A DNA stretch of 32,000 nucleotides from the NCBI RefSeq assembly GCF_000011325.1, contig NC_003450.3, positions 2,100,001 through 2,132,000 of the forward strand, given 5' to 3'. The position numbers were made by a program, and so were the translations under genes. The notes under the pieces were generated by a model. The model saw nothing but the letters and a program-made list of their open reading frames with translations. It ran no database searches and had not been told where the DNA came from. Shown here in pieces: positions 1-9,151 of this stretch. Position 1 is the stretch's first letter. Each line of letters opens with the position of its first letter. Origin of the DNA: Corynebacterium glutamicum ATCC 13032. Its GTDB lineage: Bacteria > Actinomycetota > Actinomycetes > Mycobacteriales > Mycobacteriaceae.

Positions 1-239
1 CAAATAACGATTCATCTCACAAATTTCTATCAAACTATAGAAAGATATTTGCAAAATTGGCACAAACTCCCAGCTCGCTCCGAAAAACCTAGCAACTTAG
101 TTAATTTTCCCTCACAAAAATTTAGGACACAGATCTCCATTCAAGTTTGGCTGTGACTCATGTCGCACATAGTATTTCAATCACCGGATCCGCACGATTG
201 CAAAATCCTGGGGAATATTCATAACAACGGAGGTCACTC

Positions 240-1844
240 ATGACTTTGAAGAAGTCTCTCGCTGTAACCACGGCGGCTGCACTTGCTTTGAGCCTTGCCG
301 CTTGCTCGTCCGACTCCTCGTCCGACAGCTCCTCATCCTCATCAGGCAGCGAAGGCGGCGACAACTACGTCCTCGTCAACGGCACTGAGCCACAGAACCC
401 GCTCGTCCCAGGCAACACCAACGAAGTAGGTGGCGGTCGCATCGTCGACAGCATCTTCTCCGGCCTGGTCTACTACGACGTCGACGGCTCCCCTGTCAAC
501 GATGTTGCAGAGTCCATCGAACTCGAAGGTGACAAGACCTACCGCATCACCATCAAAGACGGCCAGACCTTCACCGATGGCACCCCAGTTACCGCTGAGA
601 GCTTTGTCAACGCATGGAACTACAACGTAGCTAACAGCACGCTGTCCTCCTACTTCTTTGAGTCCATCCTCGGCTACGAAGAAGGCGTCGAGTCCATGGA
701 AGGCCTCCAGGTCGTCGACGACACCACCTTCACCGTCGAGCTCACCCAGCCTGAGTCCGACTTCCCACTGCGCCTGGGATACTCCGCATTCTTCCCGCTT
801 CCTGAATCCGCATTTGACGACATGGACGCATTCGGTGAGAACCCAATCGGCAACGGTCCATACAAGCTCCAAGAGTGGAACCACAACCAGGACGCCACCA
901 TCGTTCCTAACGCGGACTACACCGGTGGACGCCAGGCTCAGAACGACGGCGTGAAGTTCATCTTCTACCCAACCTTCGACTCCGCTTACGCGGACCTGCT
1001 CTCCGACAACTTGGATGTGCTGGACGCTATCCCAGACTCCGCGTTCTCCTCCTTCGAGGACGAGCTCTCTGGCCGTTCCATCAACCAGCCTTCCGCTGTG
1101 TTCCAGTCCTTCACCATCCCGGAGAGCCTTGAGCACTTCTCCGGCGAAGAAGGCGTGCTGCGTCGCCAGGCCATCTCCTTGGCCGTCAACCGCGACGAGA
1201 TCACCCAAACCATCTTCGAAGGCACCCGCACCCCAGCGACGGACTTCACCTCCCCTGTCATCGACGGACACTCTGATTCCCTCCAGGGCGCAGATGTCTT
1301 GACCTACGATCCAGAGCGCGCTCAGGAACTGTGGGCACAGGCAGACGAGATCAGCCCTTGGTCCGGCGAGTTCTCCATCTCCTACAACGCAGACGGTGGA
1401 CACCAGGCATGGGTGGACGCAACCGCCAATTCCATCCGCAACACCCTGGGTATCGACGCCATCGGCAACCCATACCCAGACTTCAAGTCCCTGCGTGACG
1501 ATGTCACCAACCGCACCATCAACGGCGCATTCCGCACCGGCTGGCAGGCAGACTACCCGTCCTTGGGCAACTTCCTCGGACCTTTGTACGGCACCGGTGC
1601 AGGCTCCAACGATGGTGACTACTCCAACCCAGATTTCGATGCCAAGCTCGCCGAAGCAGCAAACGCGGCCGATGTTGACGCATCAACCCCGCTATACAAC
1701 GAAGCACAGGAAATCCTGCTCCAGGATCTCCCAGCGATCCCAACTTGGTACTCCAACGCAGTTGGTGGATACTCCACCAACGTGGACAACGTGGAATTCC
1801 AGTGGAACTCGCAACCTGCGTACTACCAGATCACCAAGAACTAG
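240..1844 (+). CDS. oppA: Peptide ABC transporter substrate-binding lipoprotein (family-5 SBP, OppA/DppA-like)
   Basis: 534-aa ORF with GGAGG 6 nt upstream of the ATG. Signal peptide ends in lipobox L-A-A-C (Cys22) and is followed by a Ser/Asp-rich linker. It is the first gene of an SBP, permease, permease, double-ATPase array. The opp versus dpp assignment is not resolvable from sequence alone. Confidence 0.9.
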   Translation: MTLKKSLAVTTAAALALSLAACSSDSSSDSSSSSSGSEGGDNYVLVNGTEPQNPLVPGNTNEVGGGRIVDSIFSGLVYYDVDGSPVNDVAESIELEGDKTYRITIKDGQTFTDGTPVTAESFVNAWNYNVANSTLSSYFFESILGYEEGVESMEGLQVVDDTTFTVELTQPESDFPLRLGYSAFFPLPESAFDDMDAFGENPIGNGPYKLQEWNHNQDATIVPNADYTGGRQAQNDGVKFIFYPTFDSAYADLLSDNLDVLDAIPDSAFSSFEDELSGRSINQPSAVFQSFTIPESLEHFSGEEGVLRRQAISLAVNRDEITQTIFEGTRTPATDFTSPVIDGHSDSLQGADVLTYDPERAQELWAQADEISPWSGEFSISYNADGGHQAWVDATANSIRNTLGIDAIGNPYPDFKSLRDDVTNRTINGAFRTGWQADYPSLGNFLGPLYGTGAGSNDGDYSNPDFDAKLAEAANAADVDASTPLYNEAQEILLQDLPAIPTWYSNAVGGYSTNVDNVEFQWNSQPAYYQITKN

Positions 1845-1884
1845 TAGCTTCGCACCACCCGCTCATCTTGTGTGAGCTCTAGAA

Positions 1885-1924
1885 GAAAGGCCCAGGTTAA
1901 TGTTCACCCCGACCTGGGCCTTTC
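1885..1924 (+). terminator. Intra-operon hairpin (partial terminator or mRNA-stabilising stem) between the SBP and permease genes
   Basis: Perfect 13-bp stem GAAAGGCCCAGGT / ACCTGGGCCTTTC with a 14-nt loop, 41 nt after the SBP stop. Only a short T run (TTT inside the stem end), so it is not a canonical strong terminator. Confidence 0.5.
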
Positions 1925-2022
1925 ACCTTGAACACTTAAAACATAACTTCATCCGGCGCTTTATTAGCTTGAAGCGCCCCGCACCATAATCCATTCCCCA
2001 GCAAGCAAGGACACCCACGCTC

Positions 2023-2949
2023 ATGCTTCGTTACGTCGGGCGACGTTTGCTCCAAATGATTCCGGTCTTTTTCGGAGCGACCTTACTGATTTACGCCCTC
2101 GTGTTCCTCATGCCTGGTGACCCAGTCCAGGCATTGGGAGGTGACCGCGGCCTAACCGAGGCTGCGGCCGAGAAAATCCGTCAAGAATACAATCTTGATA
2201 AACCCTTCATCGTTCAATACCTCCTGTACATCAAGGGCATCTTCGTCTTAGATTTTGGAACAACCTTCTCTGGTCAGCCAGTTATTGATGTGATGGCCAG
2301 GGCCTTCCCCGTCACCATCAAACTCGCCATCATGGCCCTGCTGTTTGAATCAATCCTCGGCATTATCTTTGGTGTCATCGCAGGTATTCGCCGCGGAGGA
2401 ATCTTCGACTCCACCGTGCTGGTCCTTTCTCTGATAGTCATCGCAGTCCCCACCTTCGTCATTGGTTTCGTGCTGCAGTTCTTAGTCGGCGTGAAATGGG
2501 GCTTACTGCCCGTCACCGTAGGTTCCAACACATCAATAACGGCGCTGATCATGCCGGCTGTCGTACTGGGTGCAGTATCGTTCGCCTACGTTCTTCGCCT
2601 CACCAGACAATCCGTGAGCGAAAACCTCCGCGCTGATTACGTTCGAACCGCTCGAGCAAAAGGCATGTCCGGATTCAACGTGATGAACCGCCATGTGCTT
2701 CGAAACTCACTGATTCCCGTTGCCACCTTCCTGGGCGCCGATCTCGGTGCACTGATGGGTGGAGCGATTGTCACCGAAGGTATCTTCGGCATCAACGGTG
2801 TCGGTGGAACGCTCTACCAGGCCATTTTGAAAGGTGAACCCACCACGGTTGTCTCCATTGTCACTGTGCTGGTCATCGTCTACATCATCGCCAACCTTCT
2901 CGTGGACTTGATCTACGCCGTTCTCGATCCGAGGATCCGCTATGCCTAA
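2023..2949 (+). CDS. oppB: Peptide ABC transporter permease (DppB/OppB-like)
   Basis: 308-aa polytopic membrane ORF. Contains the BPD-transport EAA-loop region YVRTARAKGMSGFNVMNRHVLRNSL and a C-terminal LDPRIRY typical of DppB/OppB. Confidence 0.9.
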   Translation: MLRYVGRRLLQMIPVFFGATLLIYALVFLMPGDPVQALGGDRGLTEAAAEKIRQEYNLDKPFIVQYLLYIKGIFVLDFGTTFSGQPVIDVMARAFPVTIKLAIMALLFESILGIIFGVIAGIRRGGIFDSTVLVLSLIVIAVPTFVIGFVLQFLVGVKWGLLPVTVGSNTSITALIMPAVVLGAVSFAYVLRLTRQSVSENLRADYVRTARAKGMSGFNVMNRHVLRNSLIPVATFLGADLGALMGGAIVTEGIFGINGVGGTLYQAILKGEPTTVVSIVTVLVIVYIIANLLVDLIYAVLDPRIRYA

Positions 2950-3976
2950 TAATGAATTCCACACAAACCACTCGTTGGGCCAAGATGATCAAACCCCAGA
3001 TCAGGCTCATTTCTTCCCACAAGGACGAGGCGAGGCTCTAGTTCGACCAGGTCAAGAGCACTTCATCGCAGCCACTGATGAAACCGGACTTGGTGCCGTC
3101 GATGCTGTTGCTGATGACTCTGCACCAACCTCCATGTGGGGCGAAGCGTGGCGAGACCTTCGTCGTCGACCACTGTTCTGGGTCTCTGCGGTGTTGATTA
3201 TTTTGGCGCTTCTCCTGGCCGCAGTTCCGCAGCTGTTTACCTCAACGGATCCCCAGTTCTGTGTGCTGGCAAACTCTCTTGATGGTCCACAGTCTGGACA
3301 TCCCTTCGGATTCGACCGTCAAGGTTGCGATATTTTTGCTCGTACCGTCTACGGTGCTCGTGCCTCGGTCGCCGTCGGTGTGTTGACCACGTTACTGGTC
3401 GCCCTCATCGGTACTGTATTTGGTGCTTTGGCTGGCTTCTTTGGTGGCATCATGGATACCATCCTCTCCCGCATCACCGACATGTTCTTCGCCATTCCAC
3501 TGGTTCTGGCAGCCATCGTTGTGATGCAGATGTTCAAGGAACACCGCACCATCGTCACCGTGGTTTTGGTGCTTGGGCTTTTCGGCTGGACCAACATTGC
3601 GCGTATTACCCGTGGAGCGGTGATGACCGCAAAGAATGAAGAGTATGTCACCTCCGCACGTGCGCTTGGTGCATCAAAAGCCAAGATACTGCTGTCTCAC
3701 ATCATGCCAAACGCCGCAGCACCCATCATTGTGTATGCAACTGTGGCACTGGGAACATTCATCGTGGCAGAGGCGACGCTCTCCTTCCTGGGCATTGGCC
3801 TTCCACCATCAATTGTCTCCTGGGGTGCTGATATCGCGAAGGCACAAACCTCCCTTCGTACCCAACCCATGGTGCTGTTCTACCCCGCAATGGCACTTGC
3901 ACTAACCGTTTTGAGCTTCATCATGATGGGCGATGTCGTCCGCGACGCTCTGGATCCTAAGTCGAGGAAGCGATGA
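2942..3976 (+). CDS. oppC: Peptide ABC transporter permease (DppC/OppC-like) with a roughly 80-aa cytoplasmic N-terminal extension
   Basis: 344-aa ORF overlapping the previous gene by 8 nt. EAA-loop region YVTSARALGASKAKILLSHIMPNA; C-terminal DALDPK. Confidence 0.9.
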   Translation: MPNNEFHTNHSLGQDDQTPDQAHFFPQGRGEALVRPGQEHFIAATDETGLGAVDAVADDSAPTSMWGEAWRDLRRRPLFWVSAVLIILALLLAAVPQLFTSTDPQFCVLANSLDGPQSGHPFGFDRQGCDIFARTVYGARASVAVGVLTTLLVALIGTVFGALAGFFGGIMDTILSRITDMFFAIPLVLAAIVVMQMFKEHRTIVTVVLVLGLFGWTNIARITRGAVMTAKNEEYVTSARALGASKAKILLSHIMPNAAAPIIVYATVALGTFIVAEATLSFLGIGLPPSIVSWGADIAKAQTSLRTQPMVLFYPAMALALTVLSFIMMGDVVRDALDPKSRKR

Positions 3977-5706
3977 CCACCAACATCCCACAAACCCCCA
4001 ACCACGAGGGTGAACAGCCACTGCTCGAGCTGAAGGATCTAAAGATTTCCTTCACCTCCTCCACCGGTGTTGTCGACGCTGTCCGTGGCGCAAACCTCAC
4101 CATTTATCCTGGCCAATCTGTTGCCATCGTGGGTGAATCCGGTTCAGGTAAATCGACCACGGCAATGTCGATCATCGGTCTGCTTCCAGGCACCGGCAAA
4201 GTGACCGAAGGTTCCATCATGTTTGATGGCCAAGACATCACAGGCTTGAGTAACAAGCAGATGGAAAAGTACCGCGGTTCAGAAATCGGACTGGTCCCCC
4301 AGGATCCGATGACCAACTTGAACCCGGTGTGGCGCATCGGCACCCAGGTCAAGGAATCCCTCCGAGCCAACCACGTGGTTCCAGGCTCAGAGATGGACAA
4401 GCGCGTGGCAGAAGTTCTGGCCGAGGCAGGTCTTCCTGATGCTGAGCGTCGCGCAAAGCAGTACCCACATGAGTTCTCTGGCGGTATGCGCCAGCGCGCA
4501 CTGATCGCCATTGGTTTGGCGGCACGCCCGAAGCTCTTGATCGCCGACGAGCCCACCTCTGCGCTGGATGTCACCGTGCAGCGCCAAATCCTTGATCACC
4601 TTGAAACACTGACCAAGGATCTCGGCACCGCAGTGCTATTTATTACCCACGACTTGGGCCTTGCCGCTGAGCGCGCGGAGCACCTCGTGGTGATGCACCG
4701 CGGACGCATCGTGGAGTCCGGGCCATCATTGAAGATTCTGCGCAATCCACAGCACCCATATACCCAACGCTTGGTTAAGGCTGCGCCGTCTCTGGCTTCT
4801 GCACGTATTCAAAGTGCGCAGGAACAAGGCATTGAATCTGCAGAACTGCTCTCTGCAACGGCCGTTGCTGAGGGCACTATTCCAGAGATGGAAGAAAAAG
4901 TTATCGAGGTGAAAAACCTCACCCGCGAATTTGATATCCGCGGTGCCCGTGGCGATAAGAAGAAGCTGAAGGCCGTTGATGATGTGTCCTTCTTCGTACG
5001 TAAAGGCACCACCACCGCACTTGTGGGTGAATCCGGTTCGGGTAAATCCACCGTGGCCAACATGGTGCTCAACCTTCTCGAGCCAACCAGCGGAGAGGTG
5101 CTCTACAACGGCACCGATCTTACGTCCTTGAGCCACAAGGAAATCTTCCAAATGCGACGCAAACTGCAGGTGGTGTTCCAGAACCCCTACGGCTCGCTTG
5201 ATCCGATGTACTCCATCTACCGGTGTATTGAGGAACCGCTGACCATCCACAAGGTTGGTGGAGACCGCAAGGCACGCGAAGCTCGCGTCGCTGAACTTCT
5301 CGATATGGTGTCCATGCCCAGGTCCACCATGCGCCGCTACCCCAACGAGCTTTCCGGTGGCCAACGTCAGCGCATCGCCATCGCCCGTGCATTGGCACTG
5401 AATCCAGAAGTGATCGTGTTGGATGAAGCGGTTTCCGCTTTGGACGTGTTGGTTCAGAACCAGATCCTCACCCTGCTTGCAGAACTTCAGCAGGAACTGA
5501 AGCTCACCTATTTGTTCATCACCCACGACTTGGCCGTTGTTCGACAAACCGCCGACGATGTTGTGGTGATGCAAAAGGGACGAATCGTTGAAAAGGGTCG
5601 TACCGACGACATCTTCAACGATCCTCAGCAGCACTACACCCGCGATTTGATCAATGCGGTACCTGGTCTGGGAATCGAGTTGGGTACTGGAGAAAACCTG
5701 GTTTAA
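3973..5706 (+). CDS. oppD: Fused double-NBD ABC ATPase (DppD/DppF or OppD/OppF fusion)
   Basis: 577 aa with an ATGA start/stop overlap with the permease. Two Walker A motifs (GESGSGKST twice), two signature motifs (FSGGMRQR, LSGGQRQR) and two Walker B motifs (LLIADEPTSALD, VIVLDEAVSALD). Confidence 0.93.
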   Translation: MTTNIPQTPNHEGEQPLLELKDLKISFTSSTGVVDAVRGANLTIYPGQSVAIVGESGSGKSTTAMSIIGLLPGTGKVTEGSIMFDGQDITGLSNKQMEKYRGSEIGLVPQDPMTNLNPVWRIGTQVKESLRANHVVPGSEMDKRVAEVLAEAGLPDAERRAKQYPHEFSGGMRQRALIAIGLAARPKLLIADEPTSALDVTVQRQILDHLETLTKDLGTAVLFITHDLGLAAERAEHLVVMHRGRIVESGPSLKILRNPQHPYTQRLVKAAPSLASARIQSAQEQGIESAELLSATAVAEGTIPEMEEKVIEVKNLTREFDIRGARGDKKKLKAVDDVSFFVRKGTTTALVGESGSGKSTVANMVLNLLEPTSGEVLYNGTDLTSLSHKEIFQMRRKLQVVFQNPYGSLDPMYSIYRCIEEPLTIHKVGGDRKAREARVAELLDMVSMPRSTMRRYPNELSGGQRQRIAIARALALNPEVIVLDEAVSALDVLVQNQILTLLAELQQELKLTYLFITHDLAVVRQTADDVVVMQKGRIVEKGRTDDIFNDPQQHYTRDLINAVPGLGIELGTGENLV

Positions 5707-5738
5707 CCCGCACAGCCTCACTAAACCCAAAAACACTT

Positions 5739-5777
5739 CTGCCCCGGTTCAAGAAATTCGATCTTGAACCGGGGCAG
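5739..5777. terminator. Bidirectional rho-independent terminator between the convergent opp ATPase and proS
   Basis: Perfect 16-bp stem CTGCCCCGGTTCAAGA / TCTTGAACCGGGGCAG with a 7-nt loop. A T-rich run follows on the + strand (CTTTATTGTT) and an A-run precedes it, giving a T-run on the - strand. Confidence 0.7.
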
Positions 5778-5797
5778 AGCTTTATTGTTCAGAAGAA

Positions 5798-7564
5798 CTA
5801 GTTGCGGGCTTGAGCAACCATCTCGACGATCTGGGCGACAGCCTGATCTGCGTCGAGTTCGGACTTCTCGCCACCGCGGACACGGAGTTCAACCTTGCCT
5901 TCGGCGTAGCCACGGCCAAGAATCAAGGCGAATGGCATGCCAAGAAGTTCGGCGTCTTTGAACTTTACGCCAGGGCTAACCTTGGGTCGGTCGTCGAAAA
6001 GCACGTCCAAGCCTGCGGCAGACAGCTCAGCCGCAAAGCGCTCTGCTGCCTCGATGGCTGCGGCGTCTTTGTTAGCTGCGACGACATGGACCTGGTACGG
6101 AGCGACTTCGACGGACCAGTTGAGGCCAGCGTCATCGTGGCGCTGTTCTGCCAGGACGGCGAGCAGGCGGGTGACACCGAGGCCGTAGGAGCCCATGGTT
6201 GGGATGGCGCGCTTGCCGTTTTCGTCCAGGATTTGGACGTCGAAGGCTTCGGTGTACTTGCGGCCGAGCTGGAAGATATGGCCAATTTCGATGCCGCGAG
6301 CAAGGGTGAGGGTGCCCTCGCCTGCTGGCGCTGGGTCGCCTTCCTTGATTTCTGCAGCTTCGATGAAGCCGTCTGGGGTGAAATCGCGTCCGGCGACGAG
6401 GCCTACGACGTGGCGTTCCTTTTCATCGGCGCCGGTGATCCAGGAGGTACCGGTGACAACGCGAGGATCGGCAAGGACCTTCACGCCGTTCTTGGCCAGG
6501 CCAACTGGTCCGACGTAGCCCTTGACCAGGAATGGGTTGTCGGCAAAGTCGGATTCCACTGCGAGTTCAACTTCTGCTGGCTCAAGTGATGCCTCGAGGC
6601 GCTTCATGTCTACTTCGCGGTCACCTGGAAGCAAGATTCCAGTGAGTTCTGCTTCTTCGGCACCTGGCTCGCGGACCTTCACCACGATGCACTTGAGGGT
6701 GTCAGCTGCGGTGACCTCGCGGCCCTCGATCTGCACGTCGATGGAGTTAGCCCAATCAACCAAAGCATCGATGGTTTCAGAAACAGGAGTTTCGTAGGTG
6801 ACTGCTTCTGGCAGGCCTTCGATGTCACGCTCAACGCCTGGCTGGGTAACAACAGCTTCCACGTTTGCGGCGTAATTGCCGGAGGTAGAGCGCACGAAGG
6901 TATCTTCGCCGTTTTCAGATACTGCAAGGAATTCCTCGGAAGCGGATCCGCCCATGGCACCAGAGGTTGCCTGGCAGATGGCGTATTCCAAGCCAAGGCG
7001 GTCAAAGATGCGCTGATACGCTGCGCGGTGCTTTGCGTAGGACTCGTCCAAACCAGCATCCGAGATGTCGAAGGAGTAAGAATCCTTCATCACAAATTCG
7101 CGTCCGCGGAGCACGCCTGCGCGTGGGCGTTCCTCATCGCGGTACTTGGTCTGGATCTGGTACAAGGTGACTGGGAAGTCCTTGTAGGAGTTGTACAGAT
7201 CCTTCACCGTGGCGGCGAACATTTCCTCGTGGGTTGGTCCGAGCAGGTAGTCGGCACCCTTGCGGTCCTTCAGACGGAACAGCGAATCGCCGTATTCTGT
7301 CCAACGCTGTGTGGTTTCATAAGGCTCACGTGGCAGGAGTGCTGGGAAGAGCAGCTCCTGTCCTCCGATCGCATCCATTTCCTCGCGTACGACAGCTTCA
7401 ATGTTGCGCACTGCGCGCAAACCCAGTGGCAACCAGGAGTAGATACCTGGGGCAACTCGGCGGATATATCCTGCACGGACAAGCAGCTTGTGGCTTGGAA
7501 CTTCTGCATCTGCAGGGTCTTCGCGCAGGGTGCGCAAAAACAGCGTGGAAAGACGTGTGATCAT
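5798..7564 (-). CDS. proS: Prolyl-tRNA synthetase (bacterial type with INS editing domain)
   Basis: Strong ProRS character from [36 protein letters not shown] onward. I place the start at the internal ATG (7564, 588 aa), not the 609-aa ORF-track start. A TATATT -10-like hexamer lies 8 nt upstream, so the transcript may be leaderless. Confidence 0.95.
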   Translation of the reverse strand: MITRLSTLFLRTLREDPADAEVPSHKLLVRAGYIRRVAPGIYSWLPLGLRAVRNIEAVVREEMDAIGGQELLFPALLPREPYETTQRWTEYGDSLFRLKDRKGADYLLGPTHEEMFAATVKDLYNSYKDFPVTLYQIQTKYRDEERPRAGVLRGREFVMKDSYSFDISDAGLDESYAKHRAAYQRIFDRLGLEYAICQATSGAMGGSASEEFLAVSENGEDTFVRSTSGNYAANVEAVVTQPGVERDIEGLPEAVTYETPVSETIDALVDWANSIDVQIEGREVTAADTLKCIVVKVREPGAEEAELTGILLPGDREVDMKRLEASLEPAEVELAVESDFADNPFLVKGYVGPVGLAKNGVKVLADPRVVTGTSWITGADEKERHVVGLVAGRDFTPDGFIEAAEIKEGDPAPAGEGTLTLARGIEIGHIFQLGRKYTEAFDVQILDENGKRAIPTMGSYGLGVTRLLAVLAEQRHDDAGLNWSVEVAPYQVHVVAANKDAAAIEAAERFAAELSAAGLDVLFDDRPKVSPGVKFKDAELLGMPFALILGRGYAEGKVELRVRGGEKSELDADQAVAQIVEMVAQARN

Positions 7565-7651
7565 AGGTGACAAATATACCCTCTCAACTTGGCTTCGACT
7601 GCCCTGCCCCCTCGATTTAAGAGGCAAGGCTTTTACAGTATCCTCTCATGC

Positions 7652-8389
7652 ATGCTTATTGTGTTGCCTCCCTCAGAAACTAAGACCCACGGCGGTTCAG
7701 GAAAACCTCTGGATTTTCACCATTTGAGTTTCCCGTCGCTCACCAAGGCACGCCAAACAATACTCGCTGACCTGCAAGCTTTGGAGGTAGATGAGGCGCT
7801 GAAAGTTTTGGGCATTTCTGAAAAGCTCCGCCCTGAGGCCGAATCCAATCGCGCGCTGGAGACCAGCCCTACGATGCCTGCGATTTTTCGGTATTCCGGA
7901 GTGCTTTATGATGCGCTCGACGCTGCAACGCTGCCGGAGAAAGCACTGGAACGCCTCGCCATCGGCTCGGCACTTTTCGGCGTCATCCACGCCACCGATC
8001 CGATCCCGCATTACCGCCTGTCCGGCGGCACAAAACTGCCCACCAAAAGCGGCGAGCTGCCCACCATGAAGGCGCGTTGGGGCACAAGCATCAGCGAAGC
8101 GCTTATCGACGTCAACCAGCTGGTGATTGATCTTCGCAGCGGGACCTACCAACAGTTGGGTCGCGTAAAAGACGCCGTCACGGTACGCGTGGAATCAGTC
8201 ATGGAGGATGGCTCCCGCAAAGTAGTCAGCCACTTTAACAAACACTACAAAGGTGAACTCGCCCGCGTGCTCGCGCTCTCTGAAAAAGAAGCACACAACG
8301 CAGAGGACGTAATGAGCATTGCGCAGGCTGCGGGCCTTGTGGTGGAGGAAAACCCCAACCACAAGGAAACCCTCACTCTGGTTGTCTAG
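7652..8389 (+). CDS. yaaA: YaaA-family peroxide-stress protein (DUF328/UPF0246)
   Basis: The family-typical N-terminus MLIVLPPSETK begins at the ATG at 7652. The 21 codons upstream in the ORF track look spurious. 245 aa. Confidence 0.85.
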   Translation: MLIVLPPSETKTHGGSGKPLDFHHLSFPSLTKARQTILADLQALEVDEALKVLGISEKLRPEAESNRALETSPTMPAIFRYSGVLYDALDAATLPEKALERLAIGSALFGVIHATDPIPHYRLSGGTKLPTKSGELPTMKARWGTSISEALIDVNQLVIDLRSGTYQQLGRVKDAVTVRVESVMEDGSRKVVSHFNKHYKGELARVLALSEKEAHNAEDVMSIAQAAGLVVEENPNHKETLTLVV

Positions 8390-9147
8390 GCGTTAATCAC
8401 CATTTTGATGTGCTCGGAGTTAAGATCACGCAATCTCACGCACACACCACCGAGCATTTCAGCCAACACCCCGGCGCGCTCTTTGCGCACTTTGAGTCGG
8501 CCTTCGCAGTCGATGACCACGTTGCCGGACAGTCGTGATTTCACCACTGTTTCCGCCGCGGTGGCAATGCCTGCTTCGCCGGCATCGGAGGTGTCTTGGC
8601 CATCGGTCATCACCATGAGGATCGCGCGTCGGCCGGGTTCCTTTCGGAGTTCCCTTGCCATGAGATCCTTGGCCATGAGCAGCCCCTCTGCCAGTGGAGT
8701 GCGACCACCCATCGGCATATCCTTTAATTTCTGCTGAGCTTGCTCCACAGAATTTGTTGGATTCAACACCAGTGTCGGCTTGTTGCCGTTGACCGCGATA
8801 ACCGCAACCTTGTCGCGGCGCTGGTAGGCGTCGTTAAGCATAGAGGTAATAGTCCCGGTGACCGCACGCACCCTGGAACGCGCAGCCATCGACCCCGATG
8901 TGTCGACGACGAACACGATGAGGTTGGCTTCGCGCCCACGGCGCAGCGAACCCCGCAGGTCCGTGGGCCGGAAATCGACCACGCCTTCAACAATGTTGGC
9001 GCCGCGTTCCGTAGCCGCCATGAGCGTGCCCACTAAGTTGATGCCGTGTCCACCCTTCATGGGGCGGACATCAGCGCCCTGGCGCGAATACGCCTTGGAA
9101 CGCCTACCTGGGGTGGAGTCCTCCTCCCCCATGGACGCCAGGCGCAA
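8386..9147 (-). CDS. VWA-domain protein corresponding to the C-terminal half of a ChlD/BchD-type chelatase subunit
   Basis: MIDAS motif DTSGSM within VFVVDTSGSMAA, with VWA-fold-like downstream sequence. The ORF-track start is a TTG at 9147, 4 nt after the stop of the upstream AAA+ ORF. The true start is uncertain: this frame is open upstream to 9186. Confidence 0.8.
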   Translation of the reverse strand: MRLASMGEEDSTPGRRSKAYSRQGADVRPMKGGHGINLVGTLMAATERGANIVEGVVDFRPTDLRGSLRRGREANLIVFVVDTSGSMAARSRVRAVTGTITSMLNDAYQRRDKVAVIAVNGNKPTLVLNPTNSVEQAQQKLKDMPMGGRTPLAEGLLMAKDLMARELRKEPGRRAILMVMTDGQDTSDAGEAGIATAAETVVKSRLSGNVVIDCEGRLKVRKERAGVLAEMLGGVCVRLRDLNSEHIKMVINA

Positions 9148-9151
9148 ATGC

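Noticed and set aside
342-1403. 353-aa ORF antisense to the substrate-binding protein gene
   Set aside because: It lies entirely inside a gene with clear family homology on the other strand. Its product is Val/Gly/Asp/Ala-rich with no motifs. This is a typical shadow ORF of a high-GC coding region.
4726-5736. 336-aa ORF antisense to the double ATPase gene
   Set aside because: Shadow frame of a gene with two complete Walker A / signature / Walker B sets. It has no motifs and no RBS.
7565-7627. N-terminal extensions in the ORF track: proS 7565-7627, yaaA 7589-7651, mqo 15364-15462, mtr 16865-16915, small protein 18607-18735, ispG 28529-28582
   Set aside because: The extensions have no homology to the respective families. 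The internal starts restore family-typical N-termini and/or have good SD sequences.
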